From Antechinus flavipes (Eukaryota), in NCBI RefSeq assembly GCF_016432865.1, contig NC_067401.1, forward strand, positions 9,548,001 through 9,612,000: a DNA stretch of 64,000 nucleotides, given 5' to 3'. Of the stretch, positions 32,085-46,049 are shown piece by piece; within the stretch, counting starts at the first letter, position 1; each line of letters opens with the position of its first letter. The translations under genes were made by a program, and so were the position numbers. A model generated the notes under the pieces. That model searched no databases. It saw only the letters and a list, made by a program, of their open reading frames with translations, and was not told the origin of the DNA.

Positions 32085-32128
32085 CTGGAATTATTTCTCT
32101 TCTGGATGAAGATGAACCACAGCTTAAG
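32085..32128 (+). CDS. PSMD1: PSMD1 coding exon 2
   Basis: tgcag|..|gtaggt; (A)GIISLLDEDEPQLK, 44 nt. Confidence 0.98.
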
Positions 32129-32900
32129 GTAGGTCTGTTCTTGTTCTTGCCGGAGCTCAGTAATCAGAAGGGGGATCTTCGAGTTGAGGGTCCAGGTCCA
32201 GGTCCAACTGCAGCCTTCTCTCATTGCAGCTTCTCCCACTGTCCATTGACCTTAGAGGAAAGGAAACGTCCCCTCTGGAGTCATTCAAAGCCAAGGAAAA
32301 AGCAAACTTCAGATAGTGCTTGGAGAGAAGGCAGTTTCTTTAGGAGCATTAAGGGGAAAAAAACCTATTTATTGGTTAAACATCATGTTCAGACATACTT
32401 CTTTCATTTACGTGCAAGTCTCCCAGACGCACCCCCCTTGCCACTAAATTTTAAACTCCTCTTTAATCTTTGTAGCCCCAGGACCTAGTGAGCCAGGATT
32501 TTACCTCAATCTACTTCATAAATGGTTCTTGAATTGAATTTGATGAAAATTTGGCAGTTGTTAAAATTGGCCTTTGTGCAGTTAGATCACACCCAGCTAA
32601 GGGCTCTTAGTGCCTTGCCCAGTTTCTGGTCATGCAAATCTGAGTTCCCTTTAGGAAGAAGCGGTATTGAGCAGTGCTGCTGGCCAGATTTCCCCCAAAG
32701 AGACCCTTTCTAGCTGTAGAGAATCAAAAAGGGGAAAGAAATGGGGAGATTTGAGAGAAGACAACCAAGGGCTTGTAGTTGTCCAGACTGTCCTGGCCTA
32801 CGGAATATTTAGACCCAGCACTATTGGGTGGCATTTCTTAAAACAAAACAAAAAGATGACTCTGTCTGGGACTGAACGTCGGTCTAATTCTCTTCTCCAG

Positions 32901-33270
<370 letters not shown>

Positions 33271-34199
33271 TGACATTGATGCTCTCCTCTGTTTTGTTGT
33301 CTTGAGAATGTTCCGTTATTGAGTACGGGGAGTTGGAGTAAACACAGCACCCGCCTTTTCTGGGGAAAGGGGAGGGTGTTCTTTCCTGAGGGAAGTGTGG
33401 AAATTCAAATACTTTCTATATTTTATTTGCATCAGTCAGAGTTTTAGAGCTTCCCTCCAATACCTTGTTTTACTATTTGGGTTCTTTAATCATAAGCAGC
33501 ATCACCATCCATATAAGGATAAATCTGGGAGTACATATCAGAACACATTTGCTTCAAATTATACTAGGATAGAGCCATAGAAACAAACCAGAAAATTGTG
33601 GCAAATAGAATTTTCTCTTTTGGAATTGTGTTCAGAGTCCTTCATTTGAGTATCTAAATGATGGTAGGATTTTACCACCAAAGGATGATTTAATTTTCTG
33701 AAATGGATAAAAGTCTTTTGCAGTTTGGTCTGTTGGATAACATGACAGGTAATCAGGCAGGATAATCCCATAAACTTATTGTTTAAAAGGAACTTTATTT
33801 ATTATCCAGCTTTGCCAGCCTCTGCTGGGGTAAGTCTTGGGGGAGAGAAGCACATCAGTCTCTGTAGCACTACAGAAGGTAACTCATATGGCCTTTGCTT
33901 GAGACTCTCCAGTGAGGGTCCTCGAATCGGCAGATGGGGCAGACCATCCACCCCAATTTAGGATAACTCATTATTAGGAAGTTTTTCCTATTATTAACTT
34001 AAAAGTACTTCCTTGTATAGCTTCCACCCATCCTGTCATTTACACCTTCTGCCTCGGGCCAAACAGAACAAGTCTTATGTTGTATTTTGTTAAAATTGCT
34101 ATATGATTAAAGTAGCGAGACTAATGTCCACACGTAACGTAGTTTATATGAATTCTCCAACGTGCTCTAGACACTGGCAAGATCACCTACACTCCCTCC

Positions 34200-34640
34200 T
34201 TTGATTTTTTTCCCCTCCCAGTCTCTTTACGGCCCTTGGAATCTGGCTTCTAGCCCGGGCCCTCCACTAAAATGGTTCTTCCCATGTTGCTAAGACTCCA
34301 GAGAGTCTTAGCTGCTGAGTCAGACAGCCTTTCCCAGACCTCTGGCTCTTTGATTTCATTGCAGAAAGACATGGCCCTGGCTTCTCCCACCTTGTTATAG
34401 ACAGCCCGGCCTCCCACAGGTCCCTCCGCCACTCCCAGTACTCTTGTCTTTCTAGCCACTTTTCCATCTCCTTTGCTGAGTCATCATCTCCCTCCTCTCC
34501 AAGGTGGACTGGACCCCAGTACTTAGTCTAGAACTTTTTTCCTCTTGCTTCTCTCTCTTGGTGCTTTCATTGTGATTTCTGCGCAGGTGACTTGTGCATT
34601 TGCACATGCGGGCCTTTTCTCTCTCTCAAACTCCAGATGT
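34200..34640 (+). mobile_element. L2 LINE ORF2 remnant
   Basis: ttttccatctcctttgctgagtcatcatc..ctctctcttggtgct..tgcgcaggtgact resembles the L2 RT region (YADD-encoding tatgcagatgac). Degraded. Confidence 0.55.
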
Positions 34641-34679
34641 TTTCTGTTGGACTTTTTTTTTTAATTAAAAATTGTTTTC

Positions 34680-35130
34680 AATTAAGGTGATTTTTTTTCT
34701 CTACCTCCTTTCCCTCTCAAAAAAAAAAAAAAAGAAAAGAAAAGAAAAAAAAGGATAAACAAAACCTTGGCAATATCTCTTTATAATCGGGCAGAACAAA
34801 AGCCTGTGTTGGGCATTTGTCAACACGTAAAGTCTTTAGTGACATGGTCATGACAGGGCTAGGTCACGGGTTCTTTCTCATTGGGCATTGGCCTCTGAGT
34901 ACTGCTCACTTACTCTGCATCAGTTCACAAACATTTTCCCAGTTTCTCTGAAACTGTCTCATCATTTCTTATGGGCCAATGATATTCTGTTACATTTTTC
35001 AGTCATTCTCTAACTTATGGGCACTCCCTTAGTTTCCTGGTCTCTGCAGTAAGAAAGAGAGCTGCCACGAATATGGTTCTGCACATGGGTCCTTTTTCTC
35101 CTTGATCTCTTTGGGGGTGTCACTGGCTCA
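34680..35130 (-). mobile_element. Old L1 3' fragment
   Basis: ttactctgcatcagttcacaaacattttcccag..cagtcattctctaact..gggcactccctt..aagagagctgc..ggtcctttttctccttgatctctttgggg. Confidence 0.7.
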
Positions 35131-35700
35131 AAGGGCAGAGCTCTACACTGTCTAAAGCGGGAGCTCGTGATAACCTCGCCTTGGCCCTAGGCCCTGGTTG
35201 TTGGCAGCCCTGCCACTCTGGTAGTTTAGCAGTCTTGGGCAGCCATTCTCTCTCCTCCCTGCCCCTAGGAGCCTTTGTCAAGTCTTGGGACTTCTTCTGG
35301 GGTCTTCACCCTTATTCGCATCTTCCATCACTTGGACCATGGCAGGAGCCTCCGAATTGGCCTCCCTGCTCCCGGCTGCCAGAGTCACTTCTTTACTCCG
35401 GAGCCGTTGGGGCCTGTCTCACAGAAGTTATGGCCACTCCTCAGCCTGATCTTGCAGGTGCCCTGGAAAGGTCTTCACCCTCTCCAGTCTCAATCCTGGC
35501 CGAACAGCATAGAGCTGCATTCTGCAGGGTGGCTCCCTCTGGCTCCCGGCCTCTGCCCTTCTTTCTGCTTCTCCAGGGCCCATGTGGGATGTTTCTGCTT
35601 AATGTCCCCAGAGCAGGGCCCAGAGGAGGCAGATGGCCAGTGGTGGAGGCTTGCGCACAGGAGCCCCCTCCCGGCCCAAGAGCTCTAGAGGCAGCGCTGA

Positions 35701-36102
<402 letters not shown>

Positions 36103-39100
36103 TAGGTCTGGGCTAAAGAGCCAGTTCTGGTTTGCATTGTGGGTCGGTCATCTCGTAATTGGCCAGATGGCTTAGCTGGATTGGTGAAGACACTGGTCCC
36201 CAGCACCAAGTTCAGTTGGCATTTCTCTCAAAGAAGATTTCATTACATTTTGGGAGACTTTGTGGGAAACCCCCTGGCTCAGCCAAGGCTTCATCCAGAG
36301 CCCAGTGGCAGGGGGCAGGAAGGTCCCCAGCTTCTAGGTGGTCCTGCAGAGCCCCTGGCCCTAGATAAATGTGAAATTGAACAAGTTCTTTGGGATGTAT
36401 TTGAGAAAGAATGGCAAATCCCTAAGGATGCTGGGTTTTACTACCAGAGGATTTGTATTTTTGGAAGCATTTGCTGTTTGTGGCCTTAGACTGATAGCAC
36501 ACAGGTCAGCACCCTGGCCGTGGCCTCTGACCTGGTCCTAGGCGTTAAGCTTCTGCCCCCCCGGGGATTGTCCTCTGGACAGGGTCTCCCTGAGAAGGAG
36601 CCAGCTCCACAGTTGGCGCAGTGTCTCATCATTCGTGCACTTGACCTTTGTCCACCACACTCTGTGCCTTCCAGACTCCTTTCTGAGCTTTTTGGCCTGG
36701 CCTTCCCAGCCAGATGCCATTCCCACTGTGCCCATCTCTGCAGGTTGGGCAGTCTTTCCTCCATAAAATTATTGACAGGACTTTGTGGTCTCACCCCTGG
36801 GCCCTAGAATTCAGTCATTCTTTTGGATCCTGGGTAGTGTGACCTGGATCCTGCCCAGCACCCCTCCTAGTGCCGGGGGTCCGCCATGTGTTTGTAGGGA
36901 GGCCAGGGATTCCTGTGCCTCCATTGGGAGAGGAAGCCTGAGACTAAAGGGAGTCAGGAGTGACCCGAGGTCCTATAGCCAAGTGCAAGGATCAGCATGG
37001 GAGACCCAAGCTTGGAGGATCCCAGGCACCAAGAGGACAGGTCACTGGTGAATTAGGAGGGAAGACAGGCCCTGGGCCCGAGCCCTCCTGGACCTTCGGT
37101 CTGCTGTCTAGCCACCTCTTGGTCTCCCCACAGGGAGTGGCTAGGTCCCTAGCCTGGGAACCTGGGAATTTTGATATGAGGGTTTCTTTCTCTTTGGGGG
37201 ATACTACATGATAGAGGGCAGACACAGAAAGGAGACCTAGGGGCCTCTCCACCAGGCTCTTGAGACTTCTCTGGTCAGAACCCCAGGGGTATAGGCTTTT
37301 TCCTTTGGGAGTCTAGCTGTCCCATCTTGCTTCGGCTGCAGCTGCAGGGACCACTCCCCGACCTGGCCCAGTCCAGGCAGCACAGGAGGCTTAGGCTCGC
37401 TTGCCCTTGGTGTCCCCTGCCCTCATTGCCAGGGGCCTGACCCTGCCAGTGCTGAATTTAGTTCCCACTTCTGACTAGCTCAGCCTCCCCAAGGTCTGGG
37501 GATCCATGCGTGCCCCTTCCCCTCAGCATCACAAAAACAATGAAGAAATGCATGTTTTCTTTTAAATGTTATTCACTTACCATTATTCCAGCTGTCGTGT
37601 ACATTGTAAAACAAGTTTTAAAAGGCTGAAGTAAACCTGATTTGGTTATTGAAAATATTTTATTTACAAGTGATACAGTTCCCTTTTTGTTCCCTATTAT
37701 TACTCTAAGATTATTAATAATGATATTAATTAATTAATAACTAATAATGATATTGGTGATGAGAACTGTCAGTCTGAAGTGCTTCCATTCTTTTTGAAGA
37801 TTTTGTTTTCACACTTTGCTCCGAGGATCCCAAAGCCTGGTTCTCATTTTATTTTAGTTCCGTGCCTGATCTTAATGATTGTAGCAGTTGAATATTATGC
37901 CTCATAAAAATAACCTGGCTCTAAATGGAGCCAGCACATCATTGATGGGGCCTCCTAAACTGCTCCTTTTGTAATCCCCTCCACTCATCATGCAAAAGGC
38001 CTTTGTCCAACTTCATCATCTTTCTTGATGTCAGTTTTCCTCGTGTTTTTAAGAAATAGGTTCAGAACTCCCTGAAACTCTTCATATGGACAGTTTTTAA
38101 ATGATTAGAAAAATTTCCAAGTTTTTGACATATACAGATAAAAGATTTGTTTAAAATAAATTTTCTTTGATATCTTTTGTTTCTACATCACGTTTGCCTC
38201 CCCCTATATTCCTTCTTTCCCCTCCTCCCAGAGGAGACAGTCGTTCCTGTCTCGTTAGCATCCCAGAGGCGGCGAGGAGGCCTGGCCCCGTGCAGGGTCC
38301 TCCGCTTAGAGAGGCCAGGAAGGCTGATGCCTGAGCAGTGGCTACCTGAGCCAGCCGCTAAAGACACCATTGGTCACTCGGGAGAGGAGAGTCAAAGAGG
38401 AGGACCTGAGAGGCTGGGATCCCTTCTGCAGAAAGAAACAGGAACAAAAGGAAGAGGGATGGGTTTGGATGGGTTTGCTCTGCTTCCTTGTATATGGCAG
38501 AAGAATTCCTAATGAGAAGTTTGCTTAGTTCATCCTGCTGCCTCAGCAGCCACCAGATGACCCGGCAGAAATTTTGTCTGAGTAAATGTCCTCCTTAAAC
38601 ATCTTCTGGTCCACAAGTGAGCACAGTCCACCTCCACATAAGGTCTGACATAGGGAAAGCAGTGAGACTCTCAGCTCCATATTCTTTAAGCTGCCTTGAA
38701 GGTCCCCAAGGCAGGATCAGGCTGCTGCAGCTCAATGTGGGCTCAGGGAGCTTGCAAATCACCAAAAGGCCCAGACTTTTGCTGTCTGAGAGGCCTCGGA
38801 GGGGCGAGAAAAGAGCTCAGCAAAATGAAAGGAAAAGCCCAAAGCTTCCCATCCTCCAGCCCTGTGAGTAGCAGCATTGTTGGATGTCACCACCATTCAG
38901 TCAATGGGCTGCATAAAGGAATCTCTGGATCACAAAGAAAAGTGTATTCCTGGCACCAGGAGTGGTAGAATTGGTGAGGGAAGATTTTCATTTATAATGA
39001 TTACATGAAACTTTCAGTGTTTAAAGTAATGTAAACCCTCAGTATCTATAAAAGTAAACCAGAAAACTCATCTGCTTTGCATTGCCGCCGTTTTAATATA

Positions 39101-39151
39101 TCTAGGATCTGAATGAAGTCATATGAGATTGTATGAGCTAGCTCCAAGTAA

Positions 39152-39442
<291 letters not shown>

Positions 39443-40432
39443 TGATTGGGCATTGCTAATTCTCTAATGATTGTTATTGTATTGTACAGCCGAAACTGAA
39501 ACATCCTAATCTTGTCTGCTTTCTTTAAAGGTTAAAGTTATTGACTTTTTTCTTGATCTTGAGAACCACAGGCACATTTGGTTGTGTTGCCGTTATAGCT
39601 CGCTGCATATGATCACAGAAAAAGCAATTGGTGGCCCCTGTTGTCTCCATAGCCAACGTGAAAGAAGTGACTTTTGCTTTTTTGATAATAGCAGTCTCTT
39701 CTGCTAGTATAGACAGGAGGTGCTCATGTGCTTTAATCTAGGAATTTAAAGCCCAATTGGCCCATGTTTTTGTATGAAAAAAATAAATCTAAGTTAGATG
39801 GAAGCAGGGGAGACATGGAGTAATCACGGGGCTACCACAGAAAATTTCATTTAAGCAAAATGGCGAGTAATCTCTTTAGGTGATCTTGGTGCCAGAGTGG
39901 GTGGTGAGAGAGAACCACAGACAAGCAGCTGCCCCGTAGGTGGCATCTAATTTTATTCCTGGAAAATAAGCTTTTTTGGATGCTTCCTTTTAATGTGTTC
40001 TTAAAGGCACCTTTTTCAAGGGCCTTTTGATATTGTCAACTCTTGGGTTGCTTCGTTAGGTATTAAGGCAGAAAAGGAACAATAGGACTTGGACCTGGGA
40101 ACTGGTGTAGACTGGGCCAGGTAGCTCTAAGCCAGGGCAGGCAGCTTGAATGCTCTTTCTCTGCAGACCTTTTGTCATTGAGAGGTTGAATGACTTTCTT
40201 TGGAACCCTAGGCCAGCTCTTTTTAACTGTTTCAGAATGCCCACACTGTTGAGATAGACAAAGAATTTACATTCTTCAGAGTCTGCCTTCTCCCCAGTTT
40301 TGAGGCTTTAGGGTAGAACAAGGGGAAAGCTTCCCAGAAGGATCGGGTTTGAGTATGGCTCCTGTTGATTCGTGGCTCAAGTTTGCTTTTATCCTGTTAA
40401 GTTTCTCGTTTCTTTTCTTTCTGCCATTTTAG

Positions 40433-40660
<228 letters not shown>

Positions 40661-41334
40661 TAGGAATGTGCAGAGGGCCACAGGCAGTGGGGGAGCTCTG
40701 GGTGAGGTGTAAAACTCTTCACCCAGAGGGAACCTGCTGACAGTGTCTGGTTCGGCTCCCATCTCCCCTAAGGGCTCTTGGCCTTCCTGAGAAGTCAGGA
40801 GGCAGTGACAACCTGTGTTGTGATTGAAGCAGAGTGATACCAGGTGGCGAGCTACATACAATAGCAAGTTGTTTATGTGGTCTTCGTACACAGTATATAC
40901 TTAGCACATGCCCAGTATTATTTTGGTTACATAAAGGTAAGAGGGTATAAAAGAGAGAAAGAACTTGGAATAAATTTTTCCGCCATTCTCAGAGTCCTAC
41001 CTCATCACTTTTCTATTAGGACAGTATATTTTAATCAACCCAGCGTGGGGACTCTAGAAAGCACAGTAAGTTTTATCCCCTCAACTTGGGAGCTCTGAAA
41101 AACAGGACACAACAGGAATGGGCCCTGATGCTTGCTCTGTTTAGGGATGCTAACGAGGTACAGGAGGTCATTCACCACATACTGCTCTGACTTATTGATA
41201 TGTCCAGGGTGTGGTTCAGCCTTCTTTAGAATATAAGGGAGAAGGCAGTGTGGATGGAACTGGGGCAACAGGGGGCTCATTTATTTACTTGCCTATCTAC
41301 TAATTGATTAATTAGTTAATATATCTATTTATGT

Positions 41335-41826
41335 TCCTTTTATTTTTTCCCCTTTTTTTCTGATTTTACATGTACATTAATTTTTAAAATACACATTTCT
41401 TTATGAATCATTTTGGGAGAGAAAAATCAGAACAAAAGGAAAAAATTGAAAGAAAAAGAAAAAATGAACATAGCATGTTATTGATTTACATTCAGTCTTA
41501 ATAGTTCTCTCTCTGAATGCAGATGCATTTTCTTTTTAAAGTTTATTGGAATTGCCTGGGATCACTGAACCATTGAGCAGAACTTAGCTTTTCATAGTTT
41601 ATCACACAATCTTGCTGTTACTGTGTACAATATATTCCTGGTTCTGTTTGTTTCGCTCAGCATCAGTTCACCTAAATCTTTCCAGGACTTTCTATAATTA
41701 GCTTGTTCATCATTTTTATAGAATAATAATATTCCATTACTTTCATATACCACAACTTATTCAGCCATTCTCCAATTGATAAGCATCTACTTATTTTCCA
41801 ATTTTTGGCCACCACAAAAAGAGCTG
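41335..41826 (-). mobile_element. L1 3' UTR/ORF2-end fragment
   Basis: ttatgaatcattttgggagagaaaaatcag..gggatcactgaaccattgag..ctcagcatcagttca..cagccattctccaattgat. Confidence 0.85.
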
Positions 41827-42441
41827 TTTAGAGCCGTTTTCCCAAGCTTGATTCTGTGAGGCAGAAGGGAACTCTGAGCCTGCTGAGTTGACAGAAGAAT
41901 CTCTTGCAAATTGGAGAATTAGAGGGACTAAACCTCCCAAGATCACCTAGTCAGAAGCAAAACTACCTAGTCCCAGGACTGCCTTTCCCACAGTGGGAAA
42001 ATGGAGATTGGGAGGTGGTCCTGATGGAGGTCAGCCATGACTTCTGTAAATGGTAGTCATAAGGGAAGAGCCCATTTGGAAAACAGTTATTGACCACATA
42101 TTAAATTTCCCCATTCTAACTCTCTGCATTCCTTTTATTAAATTGCTATTATCAATTCCTTTTCTCCTTTCTGTCATTGTTTAAATAGGTGAGGTTTGTT
42201 TATAGTTATTTGCTAAAAAGGCTTGATTTCTAGTCCTGCCTTTGTCATTTATTGGCCTTGTGACTCTGGCTGGGCAAACCAGCCTCTCTGACTGTTAGTC
42301 TACTTATCTGGAAAATGATTTAATAATGAGTATTCTGCCTTGTAGGATGAGTGGGAGTGAAGTGTCTTATAGAAAGTGAAACTGATGAGTGTATAGAACA
42401 GGACCAGGAAAACACTGTATACAGCAACAGCAAGATTGTGT

Positions 42442-42655
42442 GATGATCAATTATGACACACAGAGACCGAATGAGGATTGAAGCATACTGTTTTTACCTT
42501 TTTTTTTCTTTCTCTCTTTCTCTTTCTTTCTCATGGTTTTTCCTTTTTGTTCTAGTTTTTCTCTCCCCACATGACTCATATGAAAATATGTAAAAATAAA
42601 GAAAGATCGAATGTTACGTATAACTTGAAAAAACAAAATTTTAAATTAATAAAAA
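42442..42655 (+). mobile_element. L1 3' UTR fragment
   Basis: ttttcctttttgttctagtttttctctccccacatgactcatatgaaaatatg..aattaataaaaa. Confidence 0.75.
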
Positions 42656-42981
42656 TGTAAAGCCAGTTAATTATAATTATAAGCTCTCTTCTCTTCCCTG
42701 CAGCCTTCAAACACACTTTTTTATCCTAAGATTTCAGAACTGACCACAGTCTCATTATATAGACTCCTGGAGCTCTCACATCTGCTCTATCCTAATGGAA
42801 CACTTGCTTCCTATCTTCTTCAGTGATTCGGGCAGTAGAGTCTCGTTTTTTAAGACATGTCAGATGTGTCTTGTACACTTGGTATTATGATTTACGGGAG
42901 TGTTCCTTTTCTCTTTGTCCCTTTCTTCTTTGTTTATTGGATTTTCAGATGAGTGACTTGTTACTCTATCCTTTCTTTCAG

Positions 42982-43042
42982 TGAGAGTATGGAAACAGAT
43001 GAAAAACCAAGCCACACATTTGCTGGGAAGTCCCCGGAAGTG
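42982..43042 (+). CDS. PSMD1: PSMD1 coding exon 8
   Basis: ctttcag|..|gtgagt; (S)ESMETDEKPSHTFAGKSPEV, 61 nt, restores frame. Confidence 0.95.
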
Positions 43043-45039
43043 GTGAGTATTTTTTCTGAGACATTAGATTGGATGGAAAGAGCATTATTTATGAAATTGT
43101 CTCCCATGCTCTGTGCCTTCAGTAGATCTCTTAAGTGCTAGATAATTTGTGTGGAGGAATGTTATGTTTTTACAAGTAGACATACAGCATGATTCTGGAC
43201 CCACCAGAAGATTGGGTCTGTTTCCTTGCAGAGAAGAGATTTATACATAATCCACAGGTTACATTGCAAAGTGACAACTCCCTGGGAGGTGACGAAACAC
43301 TGAAATATGGCTGTTGGTTTGGGGGTCTGAGTGGGAGGGGGATAATGTTTTGGTGCAGGTGCCATTCAGGGAACACCTTCTAGACTGAGGTAAATCTTAG
43401 AAGCCAATGGAAGTGTCCCACTTAACCTTCATTCTCAGAGAGAACCAAAATGATATCACCATGATAGAGCCAAGGTACAATGTGTCCAATTGTGGCCAGT
43501 CAGACCAAAATGAGCACAATAGTCCCTGTGAACATTTGGGTGGAGATGTCCCCAAATTTGCACATCTCGTGTTTCTTTTGAGCTATTTAATAACCTGTAG
43601 GGGAAGTGGAGATGGACAGAAAACCAAAGATGGCTGCAGATACATGATGCAGATTCTGTGAATATTCTATAGTATTTAGATAAATCAGCAGAGCAGTAAT
43701 GAACGTAGTTATTAGGGATGGCTAAGCACAGCTCTGCCAGAGTATGTCTGAGAATCTGCAGGAAAAGAGCAATAAGCTATTAAGGTACCCAAAGAAGGAC
43801 CACAAGTATTAGACTTTCCACATCGACCAGTCTTCAGAGGTGTTCAGGAGCCACCTTGTCCAAAGGTGCCAGGAAGCTCCCAAGTCAATGTTCTAATAAA
43901 CTTTTCTATTCTACCTAGACCGTTTGAACAGCCAGAGTTGTTTCAGCTTGGAGGCAAATAGTGTACAAATGGGATTCCCAGAAGTGGGCCTCCTACACTG
44001 TCTATAATTTCACCTTTTGACTCTGTAATTGGTTCCCCTGGATCTCCTTAGATAGGGATGGATTTTTGGAAATGTCTGAATATCAAGAGGGTGCACGAAG
44101 AACAGGATGAAGATGCGGAGATTGTTTTGTTTTAAGATGGAATATCTGAGAATATCTTATATAAAAGAAAGTATGAATATAACAATGTCATAGATACTGG
44201 TTAGTGAAAAGAGATTAAGGGAAAAAATTAACAGTTGAGCTTTGTCGTTGTCAGCTGATAGGAAAGCCCTAATAATGAAGGGATTTTGAGACTTTAAAAC
44301 TGCATAAGGTAATCTGCAACACATATTAATAATGTGCTGGTTGTGCCCATGACAGGGATGTGAGAGTACCCAAAGAATGTGGAATGGAAAAAAGGGTGAC
44401 TTGGATCTGGGAGATGAGTTAGAGAGGCCTTATCACAGGACAGACGGCATTCCCATTGAGTCCTCTCTCATATATAATAAATTCAGTAAAACAAAATCAT
44501 CTCCTGGCTGTATCTGAAAATGTGCTTCCTTCCATTCCTAGTCCTGAAAGTGTCTGCGTAGTAGTGGGTGGTGGGTCTCATCTTTGGTCTTCTGGACCGT
44601 TATTGTAGTCCTTTAATCACTTGTGGTTTGGGTCACTTCAATCTGTACCAGGTCCTGCAGGTTTCTCCCAGGTTTTTCAGGATTCTTCCCTTTCATCATT
44701 TCTTTTAATGTTGTACTAAATCCCTCTCTTGGCTCTTCTAACTCTCCTCTGGTCCATACCACCCAGAATTGTTTAAGATGATCTCTCCCACCATTTCTCA
44801 CAGCACAGTACTGTTCTGTCTCATTCATACGCCACTGTTTGTCAGCCATTCCCCAGCTAACATCATCTCTTAGATTTTAGTTCTTGACGTCTTTTTTCCC
44901 TTTCTTTATAATCAGGGAATTTGTTTTGCCTGTGACCATTCCCTCACGTTTAATGTCCCTCGCTTCTGATCCTTGCTTATTCCCTGTTGAGTTTGGTGTA
45001 TTTCTACACTGAACTGTGGGTGCATGTGTTTGTATGTAC

Positions 45040-45272
45040 AGGGCACCCAGAGTGCCCAGCCTGAGTCAACAAGGCTCCTCTCCAAGTTCAAATCCAGCCT
45101 CAGACACTTCCCAGCTGTGTGACTCCAGGCAAGTCACTTAGACTATTTGCCTTAGTTTCCTCATCTGTCAAATGATCCGGAGAAAGAAATACCAAAGCAT
45201 CCCAGCATCTACCAAGAAAGCCCCAAGGGGAATCACAGGGAGTCGGACCCGACTGAAATGACCCAACAACAG
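45040..45272 (+). mobile_element. Mar1-type CORE-SINE
   Basis: aagttcaaatccagcctcagacacttcccagctgtgtgac..ggcaagtcactt..ggagtcggacccgactgaaatgacccaacaac; same family as 450-672. Confidence 0.8.
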
Positions 45273-46049
45273 GGTGTTCAACCTCCTTTATTTCATATAA
45301 TGAGGTCCATCTGATTTCCAGGAGCTCTTCCACTCCTTCCTCTTTGTATGATCTTCTCACACTCCCCAATTTTGAGAAACAGCAGAATTCCCCACTGCTT
45401 CTCTTTTCTATAGAAGATTTGTTCACTTTTTACCCTCCCTTCTTTCTTTCCTCTTCAGGCCCTCAGAACAGAACTAGCCCATCTCCTCCTTTACCCCCAA
45501 TACTGGGATCTCTGCTCTTAAAAAATTTCACTCAATAGGTAGATTTTTGAAGAGATAGTTTGTGAAAGGAGACATGAATCATCTCCCCCTATTAGAGTGT
45601 TAGCGCTGTATCATCAGATAGCTCCTTCTAATTGCTCAGTTTCAAAGTTTTTCTGAATTCGTGTTTGTATTTAAAAATTCCAGCTCAGTTCTTGGTCTTT
45701 TCATCAGAAGTGCTCACAAGAATTTTATTTCATTGGCAATTTATTCCACTTCCAGCCTCACCCCTGATAAGATTATATTTAGCTTTTCTGGCTTAGTTAC
45801 TCTTAGTTGTAAAACTGTCTCCTATCTTGGAATATTATGTTTCAGATTCTCATCTTTTTTAGAATAGAAGCTGCCTGGGCTCTTGGGATCCTCACTGTTG
45901 CTCCCTTTTATTTGACTCCTTTCTGCACACTTGCAATATTTTGTCTTTGATAGGGTAGATCTTCGTTTTGGCTTTTACAGTTCCTGGGGTTTTTCTTTTT
46001 GGGTTTCTTTCATGAGGTGATTGTTGGAGTCTTTCTAAATCTACTTGGC

